Below are positions 22,844-34,015 of a stretch of DNA of 64,000 bases, piece after piece. The notes beneath the pieces were generated by a model. That model did no database searches, was not told the origin of the DNA, and saw only the letters and a program-made list of their open reading frames with translations. Every line of letters begins with the position of its first letter. Within the stretch, counting starts at the first letter, position 1. The position numbers were made by a program, and so were the translations under genes. This DNA comes from Callorhinchus milii (lineage: Eukaryota). The stretch spans positions 43,588,001-43,652,000 of the forward strand of contig NW_024704743.1 of NCBI RefSeq assembly GCF_018977255.1. The letters are read 5' to 3'.

Positions 22844-23508
22844 ATAAAACAAAAGGGGGTGGTGGGTTGAAACAATACTGGAGAGAAGAGGTGTTAATAG
22901 TGGAGAACAGGCAACATACCAGAGCGAGACAAAGAGTGTCTGGGGTGATGACTGTAATGATAACAGAAGATAACTCTTCTGGTAACAGAAAAAGGGGGAG
23001 GGGGAAAGGTGAGCTGTTATGGTCTGAAGTGGCTGAAATCGATATTGAGGCCAGAGGGCTGTAGGGTCCCCAGCAGATAGACAAGATGCTGTTCCTCAAG
23101 CTTTCGTTCATTGGAACAGCGTAGGAGACCATGGATGGAGAGGTCAGACTGTGAATGGGAGTGTGAGTTAAAATGGCAGGAGACCGGAAGATCAGGGTTG
23201 ACCTTGAGTACAGAACGGAGGTGTTCTGCAAATCGGTCACCCAATCTGCACTTAGTCTCCCCAATATAGAGACACACCGTGAGCAGCGGATACAGTATAC
23301 TACATTGATGGTAGTACATGTAAACCGCTGTCTTACATGGAAGCTGTGTTTGGGGCCTTGAATAGTGGTCTGGGAGGAGGTGAAAGGGCAGGTATTACAT
23401 CTCCTGCGCTGGCATGGGAAGGTGCCAGGGGAAGAAGAGCAGTGGTAGTGCTGATGGCGGAATGAACTAAGGAATCCTGGAGGGAATGATCCCTTCGTAA
23501 TGCGGAGA

Positions 23509-24035
23509 TGCCTCCACTGGCTCCCCATCCCCCAGAGGATTGATTTCAAGATCCTCATCCTCACCTACAAGGCCATTCACGGCCTTGCTCCCTCCTACCT
23601 CTCCAACCTACTATCCCCCTACCTACCTGCCCGTACCCTCCGTTCCTCTGGCTCCGGTCTGCTCCACGTCCCCCGCCCCAACCGCCCTACTATCGGTGGT
23701 CGGGCCTTCAGCCTCTCAGCCCCCAGGCTCTGGAACTCCATCCCCAGTGCCTTCGCCTTGCTTCCTCCCTTTCCTCCTTCAAGGCCGGTCTCAAAACCTT
23801 TCTCTTTGACCGTGCCTTCAGCTCCCCTCTCGACTCTCTTCCTCCTCCTCGCTCCCTCCCTTCCCTCCCCTCACCCTGACCATTTCCCCCCTCCTCTCTC
23901 CCTCCCTTCCCTCCCCTCACCCTGACCATTTCCCCCCTGCTCGGGTCATGACCCAACTGTGCAGCGCCTTAGGACGTCCTCCTGACGTGAAAGGCGCTCT
24001 ATAAATGGAATCTTGTTGTTGTTGTTGTTGTTGTT
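23509..24035 (+). mobile_element. Young L2 LINE 3' end inserted in the Penelope element
   Basis: [31 protein letters not shown]...GGRAFSLSAPRLWNSIP; (TTG)n tail; TSD GAGA at 23505-23508 and 24036-24039. Confidence 0.93.
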
Positions 24036-24217
24036 GAGAGGGGAGGGGAGGGAAATATGTTTGGTGGATGAGTCATGCTGGAGGTGCTGGAAATGTCGGA
24101 GAATGACGTGCTAAATATTGAGGCTGGTGGGGTGGTAGGTGAGGACTAAGGGGACCCTATCACAGTTCCGGGATGGGGGGGAAGGGGTGAGGGCAGAAGT
24201 GCGGAAAATAGGGTGGA

Positions 24218-24376
24218 TACTAGTGAGTAATAAAACTAGAGTTATACTAGGAGTGAGTAATATAACTGCACTTATACTGGGAGTGAGTAAAATAACTACA
24301 CTTATACTGGGAGTTAGTAATATGACTGCACTTATACTGAGAGTGAGTAATATAACTGCAGTTATACTGGATGTGA
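24218..24376. repeat. 30-bp minisatellite, about 5 units
   Basis: Unit ~TTATACTGGGAGTGAGTAATATAACTGCAC, head to tail with no spacers. Confidence 0.9.
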
Positions 24377-25788
24377 ACAGATTAATTTACTGTGAATTTA
24401 TTATTTCCCAGGGTGGAGCACCAGTAAAAGAACTCTCGACATACAGTACGCATATAGAGAGAGCTTCACTAATGAGTGGTGAATTCTGTTTATTTGTTTA
24501 AGATATCAAACAGCCAGGCTATGACTGGTTCTTTAACAAGGTTAGCACATATCAGCATGGGCAAATGGACAGCACAGAACCTTTTCAAGTTACTTTGTTT
24601 TACATTTCAAAGTTATCTTTGCAACTGCTTCAGTAAAACCAGACCCATACTGCAACAAACACTATCCAATAGCTTCTCCAGGAAATGCTATTGGGAAGAG
24701 GACTCGATATTAAATCAATGTCAGTTAAACCTGAGATATACATGAAAATGTTAGCGTCAGTTTGACATGGAAAGCAAACAAATTGCTACTAACTGTATAG
24801 CACAACTCTTCTTATAGAACAATGCGTCTTTTTAGCATTGTTGACTTCAATCAAATCACAGTTTGTCTGATCTTAAATTTACAATTTAAAACCATATAGA
24901 CTTTTACAAGGAAACATTGGCAAGGGACCACTTACAAAAACGTGCATAAGTCCAGCACACATCAAAATGCACCATTGTGTCACAGGCACACTGTGACAAA
25001 AACAATTTTGCCTGATTTTTTTGGGGAACACATTTGCCTCTTTACAAGAGGAACAAACCATTGTGAGCGATTAAAGCAATTCACCTGTGACATCAGTTTT
25101 GTCAGAAGCCTTTAAAACTTAGCAGTATATGATCTTTGGTAAGTGGGAGACCTGGTCAAAAAAGCCTGTGTTTGAAACTGCTTTGCAGGTAGAATACACT
25201 TATACTGCTGACTGGTGTGCATTGCACAAAGCCTGGCACTGCGGCATCCTTCATTTTAGGATGTTTTCTTAAGCCTCCAGGTGCAACATTTTTCGCACCG
25301 GTGGGTCTGAACAACAAATCAGACCTTCTGCTCATCCATGACAGACTGTGATTGATGGCTAAGACACGATTCTGAATGGGTCAAAAGATTCTTCATCCGC
25401 AAAGTAATTGGTATTGAGAGTATGTCAGAATCTGTTTCTTTCAGGGACCCAAACCTGAATACGGCATTCAGGATTTTAACGTTGCTTTTCTATAGAAAAC
25501 TAAAGCAACATATCCAATAACAGTCCTTTGCTACAAAATGACTAGAACAATTAGTAACTAATATAAAACTAGCTATCAGCTGTAAAACAAATGCACATAG
25601 CACAATCCAGAAAGATGGTCATGTGGATTAGTGCTTCAATGCCAGTGTAATGCATTCATTTTGCAATAGCTAATAGTTGCTCAAGTATTTCCGCTTTTCT
25701 GTCACCAAAGTGCACCATTGTGTTTTATGGAGATATCTGCAGTATTGAGTTGTGGACTTGAATGTATCCCTATCCCTTGTACACTCAC

Positions 25789-25899
25789 ATCAGAATTAAA
25801 CCTCAGCTGGCAGATGTTGCATGAAATTACTTGTTTTCTTCTTGGAGGAAGAGGAACCCCAAACGTGTGATTTATCACTGCTTTCTGAACTGGGTCCAT
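25789..25899 (-). CDS. ZNF385D: Internal coding exon (111 nt, 37 codons, phase 0/0) of zinc finger protein 385 family, best match ZNF385D; N-terminal half of the first matrin-type C2H2 finger
   Basis: Translates to [37 protein letters not shown]. Acceptor is a pyrimidine tract plus CAG (AG at 25901-25900); donor is GTGAGT (GT at 25788-25787). From recalled family sequences, GVPLP-RRKQ and CNIC fit ZNF385D better than ZNF385B or ZNF385A. Family call is near certain, paralog less so. Adjacent exons were not found in the window. Confidence 0.85.
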
Positions 25900-25996
25900 C
25901 TGTGAAAAAGAACAAGAAATTAATTCAATTATATCTCTGTCTCCTTCAGACATCACAGTCTGAATTGCTCTTTGTTCATTGTACTGGGGTCTAAAA

Positions 25997-26240
25997 CATT
26001 TAAACTGAGGTCCTGTCTGTGCCTGTTCAGGTGGACATTAAAGATCCCATTACACTTTTCAATTAGAGAGATAAAACTGCTCATTCATTGCTGTTTGTGG
26101 GACACTGATGTGCGGAAATTGGCTGCCGCATTCGCCCACAAAAAGACACAGCCACTACACCTCACAGTAAAATCCTGTGAAGTCCTTTGAAATGCTTTGA
26201 TGACGTGATAAAAGAGCAATATCAAATGCAAAGATTATTT
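25997..26240 (+). mobile_element. DeuSINE-like SINE, 3' two-thirds
   Basis: 'taaactgaggtcctgtctgtgcctgttcaggtggacattaaagatcccat...aattggctgccgcattcgcccac'. Confidence 0.75.
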
Positions 26241-27194
26241 AAAACATTACCTTTGCAAGAAAACTTGCGAATAGCAACTCCTGTTGGTAACCAAAGGTAC
26301 ATCATATCAATTTACATGAACTCTGCTCCAGATATGGATCCAAGTGGTTCCTGCAAGTAGCATGATGTATGGTCGTATGCAATGTCAACCTTGTTAAGAA
26401 CAATTTTAAAATAGCAATTAAAATGTGAGCATTTTACATACCTTTTCCCCATTGTCTTTTCTTCTCCATTCTCTCATTTGACTTTAATATTACTTTTGGA
26501 TTCCTAAGAGAGTCTTACATAGTCAAGTGTAGAGAGGGAATTAAGATATGTGGAGGCTTGTGTGTAGATTAAATACCTCCTAGTCTATTCTCCCATTCTG
26601 GTTAAGGGGCTGCTCAGGCCCTAGAGGCAGGGCAGAGGAGAACAAGGATAATCCTCATTATTAGAGGAATGAGCTATGACCAGAATCAATAGAAAATTGT
26701 GGAAATATTTGCCAAAATTGTGGGGAAAGCTGACAAATTTGTGGAGAGTTAATTGGGGTTATTGAAAGGACATTTCACTTTATTAATAAAAAATAAACAT
26801 GAAGAAATAATGGTCTGTTTCCACCCTGCACTACATATGAAGGCCTGGAGTTCTGACAACACCCAAAATTCCTTGCCAAGCTTGCCAGCGTCCTGACCGC
26901 GGAGCTCCAGGAGGTCACCACCTCCTGCCTCTTGAGGGCCATCATCACACATACAGAGGAGAGACACACAGACAATCTCAACAGTGGGGCCTTGAGGCAA
27001 GCAAAGCCCATTTCCCGCTCGCGCAGCACCATGCACGCGGGTCCAGAGCTTTCTCCGCCCAAAGTAGCATCAAGCAAGAGGCCCGGGGTGAAGTACACTG
27101 CATTTTATAGGTTTTCAGTGGAGGAGGGTGTTTGTAGCGGATTCCGTGGAAAAATTGCAGCAACACTTTTCTTTTGACCCAGGCTATGACCAAT

Positions 27195-28425
27195 GATTAG
27201 ACAGCTGGGTTCTTCAGTCTTGAGACAAGATGATCGAAGGGGACCTCATAGAGGGGTAACAAATTTTAAATGGGATTGGAAAAGTAAACTCATTATAATA
27301 CTTTAGGATGCACCAAGACAGACAGTAGAACAAGAGTACATAGCTTTAGAGATGCAAAGAACAATTTCAGGGCAGACACTGCAATGTTTTTCTTTACTCA
27401 AAGGGTAATTAATGGCTGGAACAGATTGTCAGGAAGAGTGATTGAGGCTGGGACACTGGACTCATTTTTTTGAAAAAAACAGCCTGATGCTGTGATGGGA
27501 GATGGTAGGGCAGGTATTCTGATGGGATGAGATTAGATGGCCCAAAGGGCCTTCTTCACCCAAATCAATCTTGTAATCATGTGAGATCTATATTTTAGCG
27601 TTTGCCGAATTGTGACTCAGAACTTAGCTTTTACTCCTGCTTCTGAAAGCTGAGAACTGTTTGATGTGCCTGTATCGCTGCCTCCAATCCTCTAATAAAA
27701 TATTTATTGCTCAGCTTGCGGAAATATGATTTGGACTTTATAACGCTCTGTTCCATCACTTTGTTTTCATTGTGTTTCACAATGTTTGCTACAAGAGTGT
27801 ATTAAATCCAAAACTCTCAGCAACAACATTTCCCATTGCAACATAATATTTTGTTATGATGGTTAAAGGCTTAAAAAGAGGACATCTATGGCACTGGATG
27901 ATACATTTAGAGGTGACACCAAATAGGGGGTAACTGGAAACAGAGGAGAGGGAACAGATCTAACAAAGAGATCTTAACAAAGAATGCAACTATGCAGAAT
28001 GCACAGACTGCAAATGAAGCTGCATATAGCAAGTGAAAACTTGTAATCCATGGGTAGCATAGAAGTTGCCAAGGGGGAAGCTGAAAGAGATCTAGAGGTG
28101 TTCAATATGTCGAAACAGTTTGACTAGCAAATATTATGTCAGAAACAAGGCAAACAAGATGTTGGCAATATTATCAAATCAGTCAGGTTCAGATCTTCAG
28201 AAATCATTCTCAAGCTGTCGAGTGCTCTAGTCAGGCCACACCTAGAATACTGCATGCAGTTCTGGTCACTGTGATATTAAAGGGCTCCTTAATGAAATTG
28301 AGAACAATGAAGTTGATCCCCAGTGTCAGAGGGATGAGTTACAAGCTACAAATAAATAAGACAGAGTTCTTCAGCTTTGAAAAGAGATGTCACAGAGGGG
28401 GCCAACAAGAGCTATAAACGATCCT
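27195..28425 (+). mobile_element. Old CR1 fragments (about 27195-27585 and 27880-28425)
   Basis: 'ttcttcagtcttgag...ggggacctcatagagg', 'tttactcaaagggtaattaatggctggaacag', and 'aggccacacctagaatactg' (RPHLEY). Confidence 0.7.
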
Positions 28426-28639
28426 AATTGAGATGGAGAAAGCAAATCGAGACCAATACTTTCACATTCTCCAAGGCAGCAGGACATCGATTTGCACTTA
28501 TATAGTGAACTTCAGGTGGGGTAGTGTCTTGGAGCACTGAACAATGGTGTAGTTTGCGACTGAGCCAGTAGAAAGGGGAGGTGACTGTAGACCCAGTCGT
28601 AAAGGAAAATCTTCGGGTGTGATCTGAATATAGGGAAAG

Positions 28640-29570
28640 AGAAATGGGGTGTGAGCAGGATGGAGAGAAGGCAGATGCAAGGGCATGAACTGATTTGTAA
28701 GTGAGGGTGAGGATCTTGTAATCGATCCATTCTGGACCAGAGAGCCAATGGAGCCTGGTAGAAATAATTATATACATACTGTAGTGCCTTTCACATCGGT
28801 GGGAAATTCCAAGGCACTGGACAGTGCAAAGATTGCACCTGAGCTGGCATGGGGGGCTGAGTGGGTGGGGAAAATGACCAAAGGCATGATTAAAGAGGAA
28901 GGTCTCGAGGCCGACTGTGAACAAGGTGAGGGAAGGGGCAAATTAATGGGACCTTATGGAGTTCTAGAGAGAAGGGGAAAATAGGCTGAAAGCCAGTCCA
29001 CCGATAGCTGAGGTCATGAAGTAGCCTGGTGCCTGCTGAGCAGAGGAAGTGGGTGAGCTGGTTAGATTTGAGAAGATTGTAGTGGTAGGGTAAGGCAAAA
29101 CCATAGAGGCAAGGATGTTGAATTCGATCTACTGAATATAAGGAGCCAGTGGAGCCAGGATAGGATGTGGGTTAAAGGCTCATGGAACCTAGTGTGGGAA
29201 TGGACATGGACTGCAGTGCTGTGGATAGTCTGCAGCTTGTGGAAGGAAAAATTGGGATGTCCGGCCAGCAGCGAATTGGTGTAGTCAAGCCTGGATGTGT
29301 TGAATGAATGAATTAGCGTCTTAACAGCCTGAGGGGAGAGGTAATGGCGGATGTGGGCAATCTTCTGGAGGTGTGGGAAAGATGAGTGAATCAGAGCATG
29401 GATGTGTTTAGAGGACCGCTGGAAGTCGAACGTATCAAGGTTCCGCACTGGCTCTACAAGGTGGAGTGTGCACCTATGTAGATTGATGTTGTCAGTGACT
29501 GGCAACGACTGGGGAGATGCGCAGTTTGGTATGAGTGAGGAGGACTCTGGTTGAGATCGGTGAGATAGAT
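28640..29570 (-). mobile_element. Old L2 LINE fragments
   Basis: Minus ORFs VKTLIHSFNTSRLDYTNSLLAG, LHWL and IDYKILTLTYK. Confidence 0.8.
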
Positions 29571-32500
29571 TAATGAAAAATAAGCAAATTTGTGTGTTGG
29601 CTTAAAGGTTGACCACTAGAGGGTGATAATTCATTTACATAGCTCATTAGCTGGCTCCAATGGCAAAAATGAAACACAATTATGCAGTTGTGAGCAGCAG
29701 CGCAGAATTGGAATATTTTGTTCCTGGAAAATATCTTGGGTTTATCACTGAACAAAAAGTCTCTTTGCTACATCTTTATAAGATGTAATGGAAAGATCGT
29801 TATCTTTATAATAATAATAATCCTCGCATTTGATATAGCGCCTTATCACGTCTTTGAGATATCTGAAAGCGCTTCGTAGAATATACCATGAAGGGAATTG
29901 ACTGTATATTTTTAGGGTGAAATGTGGTCTACCAAATATACAGCCAGACATCAGTGTAATCTGTGTAAGAAAGAATCCACTGTCAGGCTCTGTATCTTTC
30001 TGAACTTTCACACTATCATTTCAGACAGTGGCAAATATGGGCAAGAGCTACTCAGTCTGCTGTGAGCCTGTGAGACAATTCACCCATCTCCCATCTCCTT
30101 GGTGATTTCCATAAATTCATGGAATCCAGAATGAAAGACAGTTACAAGCAAGGAATTCCCACAAACGCTTGTTTACTGTGGCTATCTCAGAGACTGGAGT
30201 CAACAGGTGGTTGCATGCATCGCATACTCAAATTATGTTAATAGACAACCTGAAGAGCTTGAGGCATTCATCCACCTGACAAGCTTTTTCCCTCTTCTTG
30301 CCTGATGTGCCTCTGTAAAACACACTGCTGCTTTCTGCTGGAGCATTGAAAGATCACATCTCAGCCTCTGGGCTTGGTCAATTCGAGAAACTACACTTGG
30401 TTACAGAAGTTAATCCAGCATAATGTAACAACAACTAGCAGTTTATAGTGCCCTTCACATGGTTGTAGCATCACAGAGCGCTTACAAATTGAGATGAGTG
30501 ACTTTAACTGGTGCCTGGGCTTTTTGGAGCAAGTCTAGTTTATGCTAATGAAACCACTACTCTCACTGCAACGGAGCTAGGTTGTCAACCTAGATTATGA
30601 ACTCAAAACCCCAAAGTGGGGTTTGAACCTACAGCTTTGTGATTCTGAGGCAAGAGAATTACCAACTGAGCCAGGCAACGATCCAACTGAGTTAAGAAAG
30701 AGTGTGTGAAGAAAGCAGAGATAATCTACACCCCACTGGCTAAATTCAGACATGCTAACAGATAGTGAAAACTGATTGGTTACAGCCTTCAAACAGACAC
30801 ATTCCTCACACATATGTTCAGATCATCTAATTGTAAATGTTCTTATCAAAACTACTCTGTCTATTTTTGATCGACACAACCTTGCTGGTACCCCAAAGCC
30901 CACTGCAACACTTTTGGGCAGTCCAGAGTGCTGTATAAACTTGCGTTTATACAGTACTCTTCAAAGAGAATAACATGTTGTGCCAGTTTACAAAGGCAGG
31001 CTGGGTGCTGAGCAGGGGAGAGGAGGCAAGGGAACAAGTAGGTGATCATATGTGGGAGAGGACGCAGGTGATAAGAGTTTTGCATAAGTAGAAGCTTATA
31101 GAAGGTGGATCTTGGAGACCAGCAAGAACTACGTTTGAAAATTCCAGGTGGGAGGTAACAAAGGTGTAGAAAAGGGTATTGATGGCATTAGGTGTGAAAC
31201 AGACTGTGCGCAATTGGCTTCCGCGTTTCACCCACAAAATACACAGTCAATTCACTTTACAGTATATTTTGTGAAGCGCTTTGAGATGTCTCAACAGCAG
31301 CAACGACAACAAATTACATTTGTATAGCACCTTTCACATCAGGAGGACACCACCAATGACATGATAAAGCGCTATATCAAATGCAAAGTTTGTTATTATT
31401 GTTATCTGAGACTGTGGTGTCAGAGAGATAGAGTTTGGATATCATCAGCTCACATTTGCTATATCTGACTTTGCAGAGGTGGATGATGATACTAGGTTCC
31501 CAAAGTACAAATGTGCTCTATTCCCCAGCACTTGATATCGTCAACTGATGAGCAAAAAACCTCATTCCTTCTCTCCCACCAAAAAAAAACTCAGAACAAA
31601 GGAGCCACACATAGCAGAGACCATGATTTGGAATTTATTTTTGTCGTGTACATTATGTGTATCTTTAAATACTTACAAGAAACTAACTACTGACGATATT
31701 ATTCTCAGTCTCGGTGGCTGGAATGGTTTGTCAGACTTGCTCATTCATGCAGCAAACAGCATGAATTCAATGAGAGCTCTGGGTCCATCAAAACTGATCT
31801 TGCAATCAGATGAAAGCTGGGCATAAGGCTGGTTTGGTTCAGGGGAGAAAAAATGTACAAATCTGTAGTGTACCTTTGGCTGTTGTTCACTCAGCTGATC
31901 ACATTCATTCTGAAGCCAGCCCTCACTGTTAAGCAACACTGATTGTAAATCAGATGAAAACCAAAAGTGGTTTCAGGTCACCCATGTTACAGGCACAGCA
32001 GCCACATGTGCAGGCTGAGGGGTAGGCAACTCTTTACTCTCAGCAGCAGATGTTTTATAATAGGATGAAAGAGTCCAAGGCACTCAAGCTGACACCGCAC
32101 AGGCATATATTTGATTGTGGGCCAATAGATATTACAGTATAGAACTTCACATAAAATCCTTGAAAATAAACACCTGCCAACCTAATCCATTTCCTTCTGC
32201 TGCATGCTCCACTTTGTTCCCGATTTTTCTTTCTATCTCTCCCCTCTATCGACACACACACACTCTTCCTTTCAATCTCTTTACACGTGTACACATTTTC
32301 TCCTAAACTCTGTATGTCTATTGCCACTCCACTTCTGCACATCTTAACTCCCGCTTTCTCCATCCATTTCAATCTTACACATGCACACATCTCTCTTTTC
32401 CCAGTTTTTCTCTGTCACTCCCGCATTACAATATGTATATTCCCTCTCTCTCTTTCACACACACACTGTCTTTCTTTTTATTTCTTCATACATACATTGC

Positions 32501-33506
32501 TCAGCTGCCTGAGAAAGCTCAGTGTAAAATGGATCTCTTTCATCCACTGCAAGGCAGTCAGAATTCAGAATGAGTCTGCAAATCAACAATAATTGTCCCT
32601 CTTAAGCTGCATTCCATCTCAAAGATACTGAGCTGTGTGTTTATACAATTAAATACTGAAAACAAAAAGCAGACATCAAAGATAATTGCATCACTTGCCA
32701 GGAGACAAGCCAAATGTGCTGTTCAATTTGGACAAGACAGCTAATTTTGTTCCAATATATTGATCTGTCACCAGTTTTAGGCAAAAAATCAACTCAAATT
32801 ATCAGTAAGTTTAAAGTAATGGATTGCTTTATGTTAGGACTTTACCTCAGCATATTTTATTGGTAAACAAATGATGTACAAAATCCAATCACCCCTCTTG
32901 ACAGTATATCTCATGAAGCATTTTGAGACATCCTCCCGACATGAAATGTGCTCTACCAAATATAAGGATTATTAATTAATTTAAACAAGAATGGTGTTGG
33001 GCTAATCGTCATGCAGACAAAGCCACACACATGGTCACAGGTTGAATCGTCTTGCTCTGCTGATCTTAGCCAGAGCAGGAGTAGGGGTTATTGAACCATC
33101 TGCCAGTGGAAACAGGTTCTCCCTATCAACTCTATTAAAACCCCTCATACATTTTAAACACCTTTAATAAATCTCCCTAATCCGGTGAAGGGAAGAAAGA
33201 AGGGTTATATTGTGTTCGCCCATTCAGTGCGCTAATGTATCACATGGATTACAAACATTGAACCTATGATTTCCCAACATAGACTTCTCAATGGACTCTG
33301 CCGAAACCACCACATTCCAAAACCAGATCTTAGACTTACTCTTTATTCGGACCATCTTTAATGTCCCAGTGTTCAGTGAGTCTCAGAAGCAAAGGAAACT
33401 TGTGGTGGCTCCTGGGTAAATTGGCTTCCAACGTTATAGCTGGTTTAAACCATCTCTTTAGTAACTGGTATTTGCTATTTGTAGTGCTTAGGAAGATTGG
33501 AACCTA

Positions 33507-34015
33507 TAATAATAATCCTGGCATTTGATATAGTGCCTTTCATGTCAGGAAGACATCTGAAATTGCTTCACAGGATTTACCCTAAAGTTTTTTTACTGTA
33601 TTTTTAAGGGAATACACACCAGCCAATTTGTAGGCAGCAAGGTCCCACAAACAGTCATGAAGTGAGTGACCAATTTTATCCTGGGGACTGTTGGTCAGGA
33701 CACCTGGAGAATCTCTCTTCGCTATTTGACTGCGCCTTCAGTCATCTTCCAACCCCAACCCCTCTTGGGCTCCATCCTTCCTGAGTCCAACACCTGTTTT
33801 GTTGTTGTTGAAATGTGCCAGGGGATCTTTAACATCCGCCTGAACAGGCAGACATAACCTTAGTTTAACATCTCAACTGAAGGACAGAACCTCTGACAAT
33901 CCTCTGACCCATCACGCACTGTATTTTAGTGTCAGCCTAGACTATGAGCTCCAATTCTGACGTGGGCTTGAACCCACGGCCTCTGATGCAGAGGCAAGAG
34001 TCGGGCTGACACTAG
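33507..34015 (-). mobile_element. Near full-length DeuSINE/SacSINE1-like SINE
   Basis: Head (reverse complement) 'ctcttgcctctg...ggttcaagcccac'; body 'gggatctttaacatccgcctgaacaggcagac'; tail 'aataataatcctggcatttgatatag'. Confidence 0.78.

Larger units (their letters stand above)
22443..24215 (-). mobile_element. Penelope-like element 3' part (GIY-YIG endonuclease plus terminal repeat), carrying nested SINE and L2 insertions
   Basis: Frameshifted PCQRRRCNTC...NVVYCIRCSRC / LYIGETKCRLGDRFAEH...HFN...EEQHLVYLLGTLQPSGLN. Terminal segment 'ctgacgaagagtc...gaaa...agatgttgcctgacctgctgagt'. Confidence 0.88.

Noticed and set aside
24218..24376. CRISPR-like array
   Set aside because: Contiguous tandem units with no unique spacers, no cas genes, vertebrate context.
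32200..32500. ORFs in a CT/CA-rich tract
   Set aside because: Degenerate low-complexity microsatellite sequence.
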